From positions 193,936,001-194,000,000 of the forward strand of contig OZ024742.1 of NCBI GenBank assembly GCA_964016885.1: a DNA stretch of 64,000 nucleotides, given 5' to 3'. The number at the start of each line of letters is the position of its first letter. Positions within the stretch are counted from its first letter, which is position 1. Shown one piece after another: positions 24,230-37,599 of this stretch. The notes below the pieces were generated by a model. It did not search any database and had not been told where the DNA came from. It saw nothing but the letters and a program-made list of their open reading frames with translations. Source of the DNA: Eledone cirrhosa. Taxonomy: Eukaryota. Position numbers and translations under genes: made by a program.

Positions 24230-24430
24230 CTTAAATGACAAAGTGGCTCTTTGAATTACAGGTATACTAAGTCCATCCTTCCAAACAGATTCCGTATACT
24301 CAATTTCACTCACAGTCGAGGAGTCCACCCGAGTCTATCGTAAATAACACTTGGCCAAGATATCACGCGGTGGCATAGAACCCGAGATCTAATGATTAGG
24401 AACCAAACTTATTAAACATTCAGTCATACT
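24230..24430 (-). mobile_element. tRNA-derived SINE remnant
   Basis: The minus strand reads tctcgggttctatgccaccgcgtgatatcttggccaagtgtt, a typical SINE head and core. Confidence 0.55.
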
Positions 24431-25019
24431 ACGTCACTTTTGAAAATATATTACTTAAGTAAACATATAGTTTACTGTGTGCGGCAGAATATCGGCAAGT
24501 TGAAATTGACTAATGTAGCATCAGTTACTTGTATCTGCTTTTGACGGGATGCACATATATACATGTGCGTAGGTGCAGATTTGTGAACTTTGGATTTGCT
24601 TGTGCATATATGCATAAATATAAAATGATATGTCTAAACTGTAATATATAACATTATACATATTTCTTACTAAGAACAATGGTAAACAATGTATAGTATT
24701 GTGAGCACAACATTGTTACACCTGATGTATTCTAAATGGCATTCACTTTCTCAGTGCATATAATTTTCTACAAACATACTGTGAAAGTAACACTAGGCTA
24801 TTTATAGATACACATATGGGTTTTTGAGGAAATATAATCATCTATCGTTTCAACAGGAATATGTTTTTAAAGTTATCCGCTGAATACGTTGAACAATATG
24901 GGTATAGAGTCCCATTTTTTCGAGATACATAGCAATTAGAAACACTTACTGCTCATGTGGTGTTTGCCTTTCTGTCAACATTAATATTCTCAGTGTTGGA
25001 GATACGGCTATTCTGATGA

Positions 25020-25270
25020 TGGGTATTCTACTTCGATCAACGAGACAGCCTACTCGTGAAATCAACTTGAAGGTCCTCATAATTCACAGACGCGTAAACT
25101 TAACGTCGTTTGCAAGGAATTTCAGTGTGTCAATAGTGATTCACAAATGTGATCCTTCAGTTACATGATCAACTGACAGTTGGTAGCAGGGTGAAGGTGT
25201 TCAATGTGAAATAAAGTGTCTTGCTCAAGAACAATGCTCGGCAAACAGTCCATGAGTCGATCTCATGGCC
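25020..25270 (-). mobile_element. SINE remnant
   Basis: gagacagcctactcgtgaaat..aatgtgaaataaagtgtcttgctcaagaacaatgc. A related copy lies at about 31060-31230. Confidence 0.5.
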
Positions 25271-26199
25271 TTCCAATTGGGGGGGGGGGGGTGAAAACGC
25301 TAACAAGAAAGTCATGCACATTCACCAGCGATATAGGGAGAGAGAAAATAAGATTTATTTTGAAACCCGTCCCCGGAGTGGGTGTAATATATATTTTTTT
25401 TATTATTTTAAATGTATTTAGTTGATAGGTTTCGTTAAAATTGTAAATGCTAAATTTATTATTTACCTACGAATTGTTGTGTTTTGAAGGAATATATCCT
25501 TTGAAACATTCGTAAAAAAAACATTTCCCGTGGTCCTCACCCTAGAACTCCTTAACACACATTTTAGTGCGGCTGCAATAATATGAATTTATAACAGGAA
25601 ACGCCTAGGTTAAATATGATTTATTACGGTATGGTTTATATAAAGCAATGGGAGATAGGGGTGACTATGATTATTTTGGGAATAGCGGGACAAGGTATGT
25701 TAGAAATACAAGTGCCAATTGAATTAAAGTAAGGAATACGAAAGAAAATACTTTAAAAACTTGCCTTCTAATTCATACCACCTCGAGTTTAGGGGCCACT
25801 TTTTGAAGAAAATATATTGTGTGCTGACAGCGACAAGCAATGCGTATAGGAAATTTAAGTGAAATTTGATCGACAACAACTTGTGGAAGCTCGTCATATA
25901 AATATATATATATATGTTTTCCTTCGGTTGCAAAGTTTTTCGAAATATTTACTTCTGCTTCCACAAATTCATTTTTTTAGTCTCCGAAGATCCAGTTAAG
26001 GGTGAAAGCAGCGATTTTTTGCTTAAACTTTAATCTGTGATTTAATATATATAAGTACTTACTTCCTTACCAATTTGCACTTGATAATTTTTACTTGATA
26101 ATTTTTACCCGATTATTTTCCTATGATTTAATCGATGTACACTCCATATTCTTCTGAGTTTTCGGCTTGTATTGGCTGATAGTGCTTCTTATAGCTTTA

Positions 26200-26244
26200 A
26201 TTGCCCTGATGAGTCCTTAATAGGACGAAACATTGTTGGCTAAT
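26200..26244 (+). ncRNA. Minimal type I hammerhead ribozyme
   Basis: attgcc-CTGATGA-GTCCT taat AGGAC-GAAA-CATTG-TT-ggctaat. Canonical core with a perfect stem II, upstream of AATAAA and a (TA)n tract. Confidence 0.85.
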
Positions 26245-26413
26245 AAAGACTTTTGATGTATTGAAGGCTTCTTTGGTTTATTTTCATAATATTTTCATAA
26301 ATATATATATATATACAGGATGTCCCCAATACATGTATGCACATTTTGTTTACTTGTACAGGCAATATTTATTAGAATGCTGTTGAAGTGTGTATACATT
26401 GGTTTAGGTCACA

Positions 26414-26414
<1 letters not shown>

Positions 26415-26475
<61 letters not shown>

Positions 26476-26490
26476 CCTATCTATCTATCT
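26415..26490. repeat. (ATCT)n microsatellite
   Basis: Directly visible. Confidence 0.95.
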
Positions 26491-26849
26491 AACTCTATAT
26501 ATATATGGGTTGATGTACCTATGTTAACTGTTATTGTCCCGTAACTGGGAAGGTCGTCAAATTAGATCGACAAATATACACCACTCTTGAAATATATAAT
26601 ACGCTACTATATAATAGAATCAATATTATCAACTAAATCCCTTCATGATTGAGATCAGCAAAAGAGTAACAAGATAAACATGTATGTTTATGCATAGAAA
26701 CAGCCTTCATCTAATAGCATCAAATTGACCGGGTAAGGGGAGCCAATCCTCTTGAAATTATAAATGACAATGACATTTTTCGGTTCAATATTCTTCACTG
26801 CGGAAGATCTCACACGAGATTAATGTTAAATCGAAACATATAAATGCCA

Positions 26850-27080
26850 GTGTATCCCTTTAGTATTTACGTTAATCTATATTTACTATTATATATTTTC
26901 ACGGAAAAAGCTTGACCTCACTTACTGATCTCACATAATATCAAATATATGAGATTTTAATATTATTTATTTTGAGAACAATACATTAAGATCAGTATGA
27001 GTAGCCGATTACAACCGGTTTGAACAGAAGTTGTGAGAACATTCTGGCCGGATATGGCTGGTTCAAATGCTAAATTATAA
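26850..27080. mobile_element. Decayed MITE related to 53318-53545
   Basis: Starts ccctttagtattt and shares ttattttgagaacaat..gagaacattctggccgg..tggctggttcaaatgctaaa. Confidence 0.5.
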
Positions 27081-28067
27081 TCTAGCTGAGTTGCTTTTGA
27101 TTAAATTGCCGAGAATTTACTTCACAAAACAAGAACCTACGAAAGGAGAGAGATATACATAACGCTGCAAGAGAGGATCAACAAAATGTGTGGTAAATTA
27201 TAATGATGATGGAGACAGCAATACAATGATTGTTGATTCAATTTTATCATCCCTGTCAGCGATTATTGGTCATTTTGTCAGTAATAAGAAACTATGAATT
27301 AACGAGTGCTGTAAAATAACGAAGAAAATAATTTTCCACATGCTGTATAATTTTATTATCTGTTTTAGACAGCAGAGAGAGTTAAACAGGATATAATACA
27401 GAAATTTGCCAATCATATTTCTGATTTAATAAACATTGGCTATTAAAAAATAAAAAAAGAACGTATTTATGATCGAGAGAAAGAAAATGACAACGTAACC
27501 ATTATTTCAAACTCTATATAGAGGTGTTTTATATAAACGTTATTTAACAATGTGTCAAAGAATAATACTTCACTTCCTTCCATAGAAAATATCAGTTTCA
27601 GTAGTGTGTTGTTTTACGTTTCATGATGTCACAGAAAAGTTTATATAATAAATTTATCGAATTCCTTTCTAAAATGAAACCTAACGTCAACTGTGGACGG
27701 ACATGTTTAAATTCCTAAAGTATCGTTGTTATTGTACGTGTCGGCTATGGCAATAATTATATCCGTTAATTTAGCGGTATTTATTTTACCATTTTAGCAA
27801 ATAGGATATTTGTTACGAATGTAATATTAGTATTACATTCTACTAAAAAAATAGTGTACACATTTCTATCAGCCCTGACTATTCTCCTTCATAGGCATCA
27901 TTCGCATCTGTCATAACCAGCCTTGATTGTGTTGCAAATATTTATGAGAAGAGAACTGCATCTCATCTCGTCTCAATACAATTGTCCATAACGTCAAGAA
28001 GCCACATTATTACACACGCTTCAATATAACCACTATTATAACACTTCTAATTTCGCCTATATACAAT

Positions 28068-28250
28068 GTTATTATTAATGTTTTGCATAGAAAACCTTTT
28101 AGGATACATCACAGTCTTTTGAGTTCCAACAATACCCTGAGATAAACTGTAATTCACTAAGTATATCTGCTGTACCCAATAGGGCAGTCTTTTCGAGATC
28201 AATTTGTGATTCGATGTCATATTTGCTTAATATGCTGAGCTTGCTTGCAA
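28068..28250 (-). mobile_element. R4/Dong-type 3' end remnant
   Basis: The minus strand translates LEKTALLGTADILSEL and ends in aaaacattaataataac. Confidence 0.55.
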
Positions 28251-31200
28251 TTCAGCATGTAAGAGGGCAGCAGGATAAAATGTCTAGTGTAATTCTTTGG
28301 AATATTTCTAATGCAGGTTTTGGGGAAAATCTTCCGTAGAATATTTGTGAAAGAATTTCATGGAATTTTGAGGATATTTCTAATCCAGTAGATCAACTAG
28401 AGTAGTAAATCCGGAAGAGATAGAAAGCGAGGAATGTACCTGCAATGGGTTGGTGCACCCTTTACAGAGGCATTTGAACTCAGAGCCGCAGGACACTCAA
28501 CTCTCTAATGACTCTACCACATTCATCACCTCTATCATTTGCCTACAAATTGGCTAACATTAGTGGTAATAGAGCGTTCCTTCTTATACACGTATCTGAA
28601 ATGTTGAAAGACATGCATTCTCTTTTGTTGAAGAAGCACGCAGTGTGCAATGACACCAAGAAATTACATTAATTACATTAAGATTTCCATCTGTAATTTC
28701 CGTTCCTATCCGAATATGCTGTTGGTCAGAATTTCGATATAGTTTCGTAGATAAGTTTCGTGCAAGTCAGGCTCTTGTCAATATCATATGAGATATATCA
28801 TGGTGTTTGTATCTTGCATAGCTGTTTTTCCTTCTCCATTTCATGAAATGTAATTGTCATCAGGTTTATTTGAGATACAGTCAACATTCTAACGCTATAA
28901 TAAATACATCAAAAGAGAAATAAATTGCTTGTCAGTACACATGACCAATTTCGTTGGATATTATTGGTTATATTATTAACTGAAAATTTAATTTTTATAT
29001 TGTCAAATAAGAAATCCAGCTCTATTACATGACACATAGTTTTCTGTATACATGTTTATAATAGTAGATCAAATTCTAGTGATATTTTCGTACAGTGAAA
29101 AATATATAAATGTGTGTAACTCGGTTTCTATATTGAACTTAATAAAATAGGATCTGATTATTATATGCATGTATAAAATGGGTTTATATTTCATCTATTT
29201 TAAATATTTATTCCTATATTTTAGAAATAATTTAATTAGCAATCATAGAATAATGGAAATATTGCTTTAACGCTTCAAACTACAATAGCAAAGAATTATG
29301 TTTATTTTATATCAACTCAACCGATGGTGAAATATATACACATATATGTTCATTATGACTGGGGGCGATAACCGTAAATGGTTACATTAGCATTAATGGA
29401 AGTGAATGTTTAAAGGTGATGTTAATCCTAGCGTGGTACTAAATCTATCACTCAAAATGCATACTACTGTCTGAATGTTATATATACGTATAATATTGTA
29501 TTATTGTTATATAAATTGGACTCTATTGAAACAAATTCCAAATATGCTACACAGTTGAATAGTTAGCGTAAGGACGAATATAAAGCTATAAACATAATTG
29601 CTCAAACATTACTCACAAATCCAATTGATTTTATATTTTTGAATTGTTTAGCTAGTCCAGGACAAAAAGAGCTACTTCGGAATATAAAGAGATTTCATTG
29701 AAAGAGCCATTCGGCATATGAAGCCGATAAAATGCTTACAGACTGAAATAAGTATCGGCGTCGATCATATCGACTGAAAGTCTTAAAGCCAGTGTTTTAG
29801 TATGACTACAATTCAACAATATAAAGAAGCGAAAGAAAAGAAAATATTGAATATAACAGGAGCTAACGTTATACAGAATGTAACAGTACCTTTGAAGATT
29901 TCCAAATATTTTTCAATTTATCGACATTTTTTTTCTACACATTCAAACATTAGTTTTTGTCAATACAGATCGTTATAAATTTCATCGAATTTCGAACATG
30001 AGTAGACATATGAAATTGACAGAATTATGTATAATAATTTCAAACATAGACACAAGGTCATTCAATTATCTCGACCCTCGTGTGTGACTGATCCTTCTGA
30101 CACATATTATTGACTGGTAATTCTGATACCTTAACAACATTTCCGATCCGTCGTCAAAAGTATCATATATATTAAGATGAACTTTATTCTATGTAAAAGT
30201 ATATCATGTAAATAAAATTTAATAGAAAAAGAAAAAAAAAGAAAATTTAGATTGACAATAGAGAATCGAATGTAAAATAAGAAGTAAAAAAAACGAAAAT
30301 GAAGGGAATGGCATGTGCACTGGTATAACAGAAACATGGAGAGGTTCTTGGCCTATCGCGCGGTGATAATGGGGCTGTGTCCAGCGGAAAAAGATCCCAA
30401 AAGCAACACGCGGACAGGGGGCAGCGACACCCGCCGTAAAAGCCAAGACAATGAAGAATTAGTGGCGTTAGAGAAGTAATATAGTTTCAAATTTGGTTTG
30501 TAAGTGAATTGCTATTTTTGCCGAGAAATCATTTTTTATTTGATATTAGTCTTTCAGTCGATTTATTGAATTAGTCGATGACAGAATGAGATATTGGAAA
30601 TCTGAATGATATTTTAATGATGTAAGTAGGATCCAAATATGAATTGAATATAAATTGCAATGTTTGTTTTGCAGGTGATTCCTCTTTCGTTTTAATCTAC
30701 CTTTACATCTGATCCTCTAACTAGTCTATTATTTATATTAATATAACCAAAATATTTCACTAATTCCATTTCTGCTATCTCTCACTTTCACCTCGAATGA
30801 ATTAATCGTCATTATGAGAAGGCGGTTGGTAACAAGCGGAATATTTAATTGCGATAAGAAAGAACCGAAAAGCATCTCGTTACGTGATCTAATATTATGC
30901 CATTCCACTACTCTAAAATGAAAGAATATTTCTAGTCTCCCAATGTACGAATGCAAAGATATCTATTATTTAAGGAAGTATTATAAATGTCAGTTTATAA
31001 TTATGCCTGCACAGTCACTTACTCACGAATATATGTAAGACACCTGCCAGTTCAAATACGAATATTCCAGTTTTTCGAACAATGGAACAACTTGCTCGTA
31101 AAATGAAAGTTCAAGCAGATGAACATCTCAAAGGGATGGTTTTGCGTAACATAGTTCTCAGGGAGATTCAATGAGACAATATGTGATAAACACTATAACT

Positions 31201-31319
31201 GATGTTTACTAGCGAAGCTGACTGGAGTAACACTTCGACTGTATTGAAGCTCTTAAACTTAGGATCGCTAGTCGTATAACCGACCCAATATATCATGCCA
31301 CTTCAAACTCACACATACA

Positions 31320-31499
<180 letters not shown>

Positions 31500-32271
31500 C
31501 GTATGGGTATTTTTAAAGAATATCCGAAGGAAGGGATTGGAATAGAAACGTAGCCTCTCTCCAGCAATAAATCATGCTTTAAACGAAATAAATGAATGAA
31601 CATTTATTTTATGATGTATGTATAATCCAGCGACTCCCAGTGGGTGCCATTTTCATGTGTGCCGTTACTAAGGTTTTATTAAATCTGGCAGAGACCATTT
31701 CCTCCCCGGGTTTGAATACAGAAGATTTCTTCCACAGAAAGATACAGAGATAAAAAGGAAGAATCGAATTCAATATTGTACTGGCACCTTTGTTATCGAC
31801 CTCGAAATGAAAGGCAAAGTAGACAGTGGCCTGATTTAAACTTAGAGAGCAGAAAGTCTAATGAATCTGCAAATTCGCCTGAAGAGAATTTGAAATGAAG
31901 GGGAAAGTCGATTAAATCGAACCCAGTGCGTAAAAGATCATCTGGGGGCATGGCAAGTTGGCTGGTAAGAAAAGCAGAGGTTTGCAGCCGAATCGATGGC
32001 TTGACAATGTCAACTTATGGACTGGACTTGACCGTTTCTCTTTATACTCTGCTGCTGGTGCTCGATCTTTGTGAGGAAAAAGATGTCATGTTAATGCGTG
32101 GTCTGCAACTGGCGAAGTTAGAGTGCAGACAGTGCGTTAAAGTACATTATTTTATCAACCTCGTAAGGATGAAAGGCAAAGTTAACCTTGGTGGAGTTTG
32201 AGATATATACCCACTCTGTTTTTCCCCATGCATTCCCACGATTTGTAGTTTCCCCAGTTTCAGCGCCAGTG

Positions 32272-32367
<96 letters not shown>

Positions 32368-32435
32368 TCTTATTCTCTTTCTCTCTTTCATTCTCTCTCT
32401 CTTTCTCTCTCTCACACATTCTCTCCCTCTCTCTG
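32272..32435. repeat. (CT)n microsatellite
   Basis: Directly visible. Confidence 0.95.
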
Positions 32436-33694
32436 TATGTATGTGTCCGTATCTATGCACGTTTCTGGTTTCCCTGTATTTCAATAAATGGGGATCGATG
32501 AAATTAAGAACAAATGTGAAAACATACTTTACAGAGCTCGACTATCTGCTTCCCGAGCATGTCCGCAGCTTAATAAGTGAGAGCAGTAAACGAGTAAAAG
32601 CTTGGAACTTTCCTTGACTATGAACAACTAATTACAAAACATAATCATTGAACAACAAGCAATATAGTAGAACCAGGTGTTTTGTTGTTCGTATGACACT
32701 TAACAGGAAGTAAATCGTTTATTATATTTTATGTTTCCCGTTGAATTATTAGTTGAAATGTGTAGAAACTAATAGGTATAAACGAGATAAGATCGGGGAG
32801 TTATTTTAGAAAATTAGTTTTGCCTGAAGTTTGAACTCCAACGTGCAAAATATAATTATGAAATGTTAATTCAAGTGTGAGGATAGATTTCGAGAGGGAG
32901 AAATTTATTAGGGAGATAATATGGATATGGGGGAAAACGTCACAAAATAATATAGCTAAGATGGTGACAAATTATTACATTGCACTAATATGTATATATG
33001 TACACACAAACACAAACACACAGACACATGTATATATATATATTTGTATATATATATATGATGGCTGTCCCCTCATTATCGAGTATGGCCATTGCACGAT
33101 ATACCATTATTAATTATTATTAATTAATTCTATCGTGCAATGCCTGTGCGTGAACATATTTTTTAAAGGGAGGAAAGACTGTGCACTGAGCCAATCCCAC
33201 TCTCTGAGCTATAACCCGAAAATAAGAAAAGATCAACATCATCGGTAACTACTGAGCCGCAGGTTTTATATCGGAGTTATCCCAGTTTCCTGAGTTGCCT
33301 TCTCCTGGATAGGGTTACAGACAATATAGGAGGATCAGTTAATTATGATTTCATTCAACATGTCCGATTCAAAAACTTATTGCAGCAGACCATCAGGTTT
33401 GCTAAGCCCTCTATAAAGAACTTGGACGGTTGGGTTTCCAACCAGGCTTCTGTAGCAGCGATCAAGCCAGGACATTTTCAGCACCACCTCGTAAACATAT
33501 ATACGCCGGTCGGCTAAAATGTTCGAAGACTGTCCAAGATACTCTCATGGAATGAGAAAATGGGGTTTATTTTGAACATCATCCCTCGAATCAATGAGTT
33601 ATTAATAAGAATAGATTACATTAATGCATGTAAGTTTTATCAGCTCCAGCATACCTCATTCATAGTAAGCCTTTGGAATGTTCAACTTACCATC

Positions 33695-33749
<55 letters not shown>

Positions 33750-33753
<4 letters not shown>

Positions 33754-34080
33754 GTAAAGAGAAAAAACAACACAATCGGTATAGTATATGGAAGGGATAT
33801 ATTGGGTTAAAGTGTGATATAGCAGGAAGAGAGTCTTAATGTTTCGGATGCTAGTCCTCCATCAGAAGAATGAGAAATAAGTTAGATTGAGGGGATGTGT
33901 GGGTTGAAATTGAAAATAATGTCTTTAGATGAAAATAACAGGTCCATTTATGTTAACATCTCTTGCAAAACTGTTTGATTTATTTTTTAGAAAAGAGGAT
34001 GATGGAGCGCGTCTACCTGAAATAGAAAAAAAACGTTTTATAAAAAGAGCTATACTTGTGCACATGCGTAACCATGTGTA

Positions 34081-34179
<99 letters not shown>

Positions 34180-35020
34180 ATACGTCCGTACGAAGCTATG
34201 AAGAAATGTGTGTGTAAATATAAGTAAAAGAGTGTGTGTGTATGTAAGTACGAAGCTAGGAGCAAATGCATGTTAATATAAGGGTGTGTATGTGTGTATA
34301 CAGAGCAGTGAAGGGAAAAGTGGAGTGAGCATATTTAATCGGTCTGTATTAGTTGTAAGAGAAGATGTTAACGATCAAGAGAGAGCGATAGGAATCTAGG
34401 GCTGAATGTACAAGCGCGTGTGATAATAGACGGGGTATTAAAGAAATTGGGGAAGTGAGATGAGTCCAAGAGGGGAATAGGACCCAAGGCGGTGAATCAG
34501 ACTTTGTTCATTCCTGGTTCGCGAGGCCTGTGATCCATGATGTAAAAGGATACCCAGGGCTGAAACATGTAGGGAAGAATGTGCAGGTGAAAGAGTGGCG
34601 GATACGGAAAGACCCGTTAGAGCGTGTAAGAGTGGTGATGGTGGAAATGAAGGGACAATTGTTGAAGCGGGAACGAGAGCAAGGATGAGAGCCGGGTGGA
34701 GTAGAGGGAGATGACGAGAAGGAACTGCGAACCAGGAGGTTACGGAGGTTGCGGGCTCACTTAAAAGCAGTAATGGGTGGGTTTGGAAAAAAAGCGAGAA
34801 GTGACGGGGTCAGGAGAGACGATACGGAAGGAACGGAGAATATGTCGCCGGAGTGTAGGGTGATAGGGTGGTAGGTGTGAGTGAAATTAACGCGGGTATT
34901 GGGAGGTCGGGGGTGAGGTGAGACGGCTGTGGCGCGGTCTGTTTTACGGGCGTGGGTGAGAGCAGCTTGGATCAGGGTGGGGGAATATCCACACTGGATG
35001 AAGCAGGAAGCTATGTGAAG
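33750..35020 (-). mobile_element. PLE 3' fragment (RT C-terminal linker plus pLTR, degenerate hammerhead at 33834-33869)
   Basis: The minus strand translates GYSPTLIQAAL..TYHP..FPNPPITAFK*ARNLRNLLVRS..NNCPFI..FRIRHSFTC. The pLTR matches 22085-22310. Confidence 0.75.
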
Positions 35021-35031
35021 GGAATGGAGAA

Positions 35032-35290
35032 TAAAACGAGCGGGGAAGTTTCTTTACATATAAACGATATGTATTGTGTATCTACCTGTTACGCGCATTT
35101 CACAGAGTATTGGCTAAAGGTCACGCACTATATTTTTTTGTCCCTTCGCCAGTCTGAAGAGCAGTTCGTTAGAGGAGCCGGGTCCATAATTCCCATGGAC
35201 GACCTTGAGCTAACCCTCTGCGAAACGCGCATCAACGGCCGATACACAATAAATACCTTTTATATGTAAACGAAACTTCCTCGTTTTTTT
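35032..35290. mobile_element. Imperfect fold-back element F with hammerhead at 35148-35239 (+)
   Basis: About 35032-35107 is the reverse complement of about 35216-35288. gccagt-CTGAAGA-GCAG..CTGC-GAAA-CGCGCA-TC-aacggc. Confidence 0.65.
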
Positions 35291-35368
35291 TTCTAATACA
35301 TACTCTCTGTCCGTGCATAGAGTGCTTACTTCGGTACCAACGCCAGTAATTCACTGAACCACCTATAC

Positions 35369-35403
<35 letters not shown>

Positions 35404-35417
35404 ATAGGAAACATTCA

Positions 35418-35465
35418 GGACCCCGACGGCTGAGCTCCTGCCGTTTCGACAGCCAGATCCGAACT
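35418..35465 (-). ncRNA. 3' half of a hammerhead (GCCGTC family)
   Basis: The minus strand reads ggctgtc-GAAA-CGGC aggagctca GCCG-TC-ggggtc. No CTGANGA is found upstream. Confidence 0.5.
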
Positions 35466-35494
35466 AAGCTAGTATTAGAACAGCGGGGATCTAG

Positions 35495-35554
<60 letters not shown>

Positions 35555-36564
35555 ATGTATGTATGTGTATATGTATATGCATGCATGTATGTAAGTATAT
35601 ATATATATATACACTCCCTCTCAGTAAAAACATGTTTGTTGCTCTACTATATTCTAGCATGGTCAAAATTGCCTGGCAATGAAAGATTTGTGTTACACGA
35701 CGATCTATGTATAGTAGACCTTAAACATTTAATATTTACGTATTATTTGGCAGGATTTAATCTCGTGAGTCACTCCTACATAAATCTTAGTTCCATTTGC
35801 TTATCGATGTGAAAATAATAGGCATTCTAAAACATAAACCTTTGAAATTGTAAATCCGTTTTGTCATCATATATCCTCATAAGTTTGCATTGCGAATCGA
35901 TTAATTTCATAATCAATTTAGATTCTGTTTAAATATATATGAAATTATTTTTCAGATGATGAATAATAGGAGAGTTGCCGATAAGACGAAATACATTTAA
36001 TAACTCCTATTACAATATTTACTAGTTTAATCGATATTAACTGCTATATATTTCCATATTCATTCCTTATTTACCCCAACAATTAAACCATTTGAAAAAT
36101 AAAAAAGCAGTTTTCTTTAGGAAATTATTATTTATATAAATTCGATGTACCAAACGAATCGTGTAACATAGGAAAAAAGACTAGTTCGGGAAATGCAGTA
36201 TACATGAAGCAATGTAGCCCAATTGATCAAGTATTTTATACAAGTATGTATATAATTGAATCTTTGTGTTTGCCTGTTTTTAATCTTGAACTATGTATAT
36301 ATATATATATATGTTTGAGTGTGTGTGTGTGTGCACTTATCTATATAAAGTTTCTTTTTGCCCGGGTTTTACTTGGAGGGTTTTGCGGACAGAGACATCA
36401 TTCTTTTCAGCGACTCCCGAAAGCCGCTCTGTGATATATTAAGCTCGTTATTTCTTTCTTTTGGTTTTTCAATCTAGTGATAAACATGTATATTTTGCCC
36501 ATCTATATGTCTATTCTAAAAATGTATACATTGACATAGTCTCACAAAAGTATTTTATATACTC

Positions 36565-36604
<40 letters not shown>

Positions 36605-36609
<5 letters not shown>

Positions 36610-36862
36610 CCGAATTACTCGCGCTATTGTCATTTGACTATAGTTTAAATTTCATATAAATCGAAGGGAAAAACTTTTCAACGAGGGTTTGTGCCCCAAT
36701 GGAACCCTTTGATTAAAATGGAATATACTTATTCACGTACCCTGGGCAATGTAGTTTAAGAATATATATGGCTATGGGGATCTATCTCCCAAACCATAGG
36801 AGGAATTCGTGAACAATCAGACGAACAAACAGGCAGGAAGTCCAAGTTTATATATATATAGA
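36605..36862 (-). mobile_element. Non-autonomous Helitron-like element
   Basis: The minus-strand 5' end TCtatatatataaacttgg..ctgcctgtttgttcgtctg resembles the other Helitron heads here. A terminal hairpin-like cgagtaattcggg is present, but the CTAG is not intact. Confidence 0.5.
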
Positions 36863-37056
36863 TATATATCTGTGTGTGTGTGTGTGTGTTTCTCCCATCT
36901 CGTTTCCTCATTTTTAACCGTTCTTTTCTTTCTATTTATCTTCTATTTCTATCTATATCCTCTCTTCCTGCTGTTTCAAACATTAAACTAACATATTTCT
37001 CTAACATACTGTGTTGGTTGCTTTGTTATTTTTGTTACCTTTTACACACACACACA

Positions 37057-37141
<85 letters not shown>

Positions 37142-37194
37142 GTGTGTGTATGTGTGTGTGTTCATTTTATGCAATATGAACAGATAATCATATA

Positions 37195-37340
37195 GGGTCA
37201 ATACTGACACAATTTAGATAATATTTTGATGAATAGACATAATCTTGCATGTCTGATTCCCACGACACTAAACATTATGCCATGAATGAAAGATATGAAA
37301 AGATTGATTCACACATAGCAGTAATGTCAACTAAATTTGA
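37195..37340 (+). repeat. Dispersed repeat, second copy at about 57240-57385
   Basis: tcaatactgacacaat..gataatattttgatgaatag..cataatcttgca.gtctgattccca.gaca.taaacatt is present at both loci. Confidence 0.8.
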
Positions 37341-37599
37341 ACGATTATGCGCAATATCGATGAGTAATACGTGAGCAATTATATATTTTTATAATTCGAT
37401 GGAGACTTACAGATATCTGAACACAAGTCGCGAATGTAATTAATGAACAGAATAAAGTTTTAATTTTGTATGACTTGGAAAAGGGCCATGTTTAAAATAT
37501 GTATTATATGGGACTTGATTTTCCTTAATACATACTGGCTGGTTTAGACGATATATCTATTAGAATGCCTACTGTAAGACGGGAAAATGTTCTAGTAAA

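Noticed and set aside
30660-30680. Splice-acceptor-like tgtttgttttgcag|gt suggesting a host exon
   Set aside because: No supportable exon ORF or partner splice sites. A host gene cannot be called from sequence alone.
33502-33590. Mariner-like TIR start (tacgccggtcggctaaaatgttc); similar tacaggatgtcccc at 26313
   Set aside because: No matching second TIR or transposase sequence was found.
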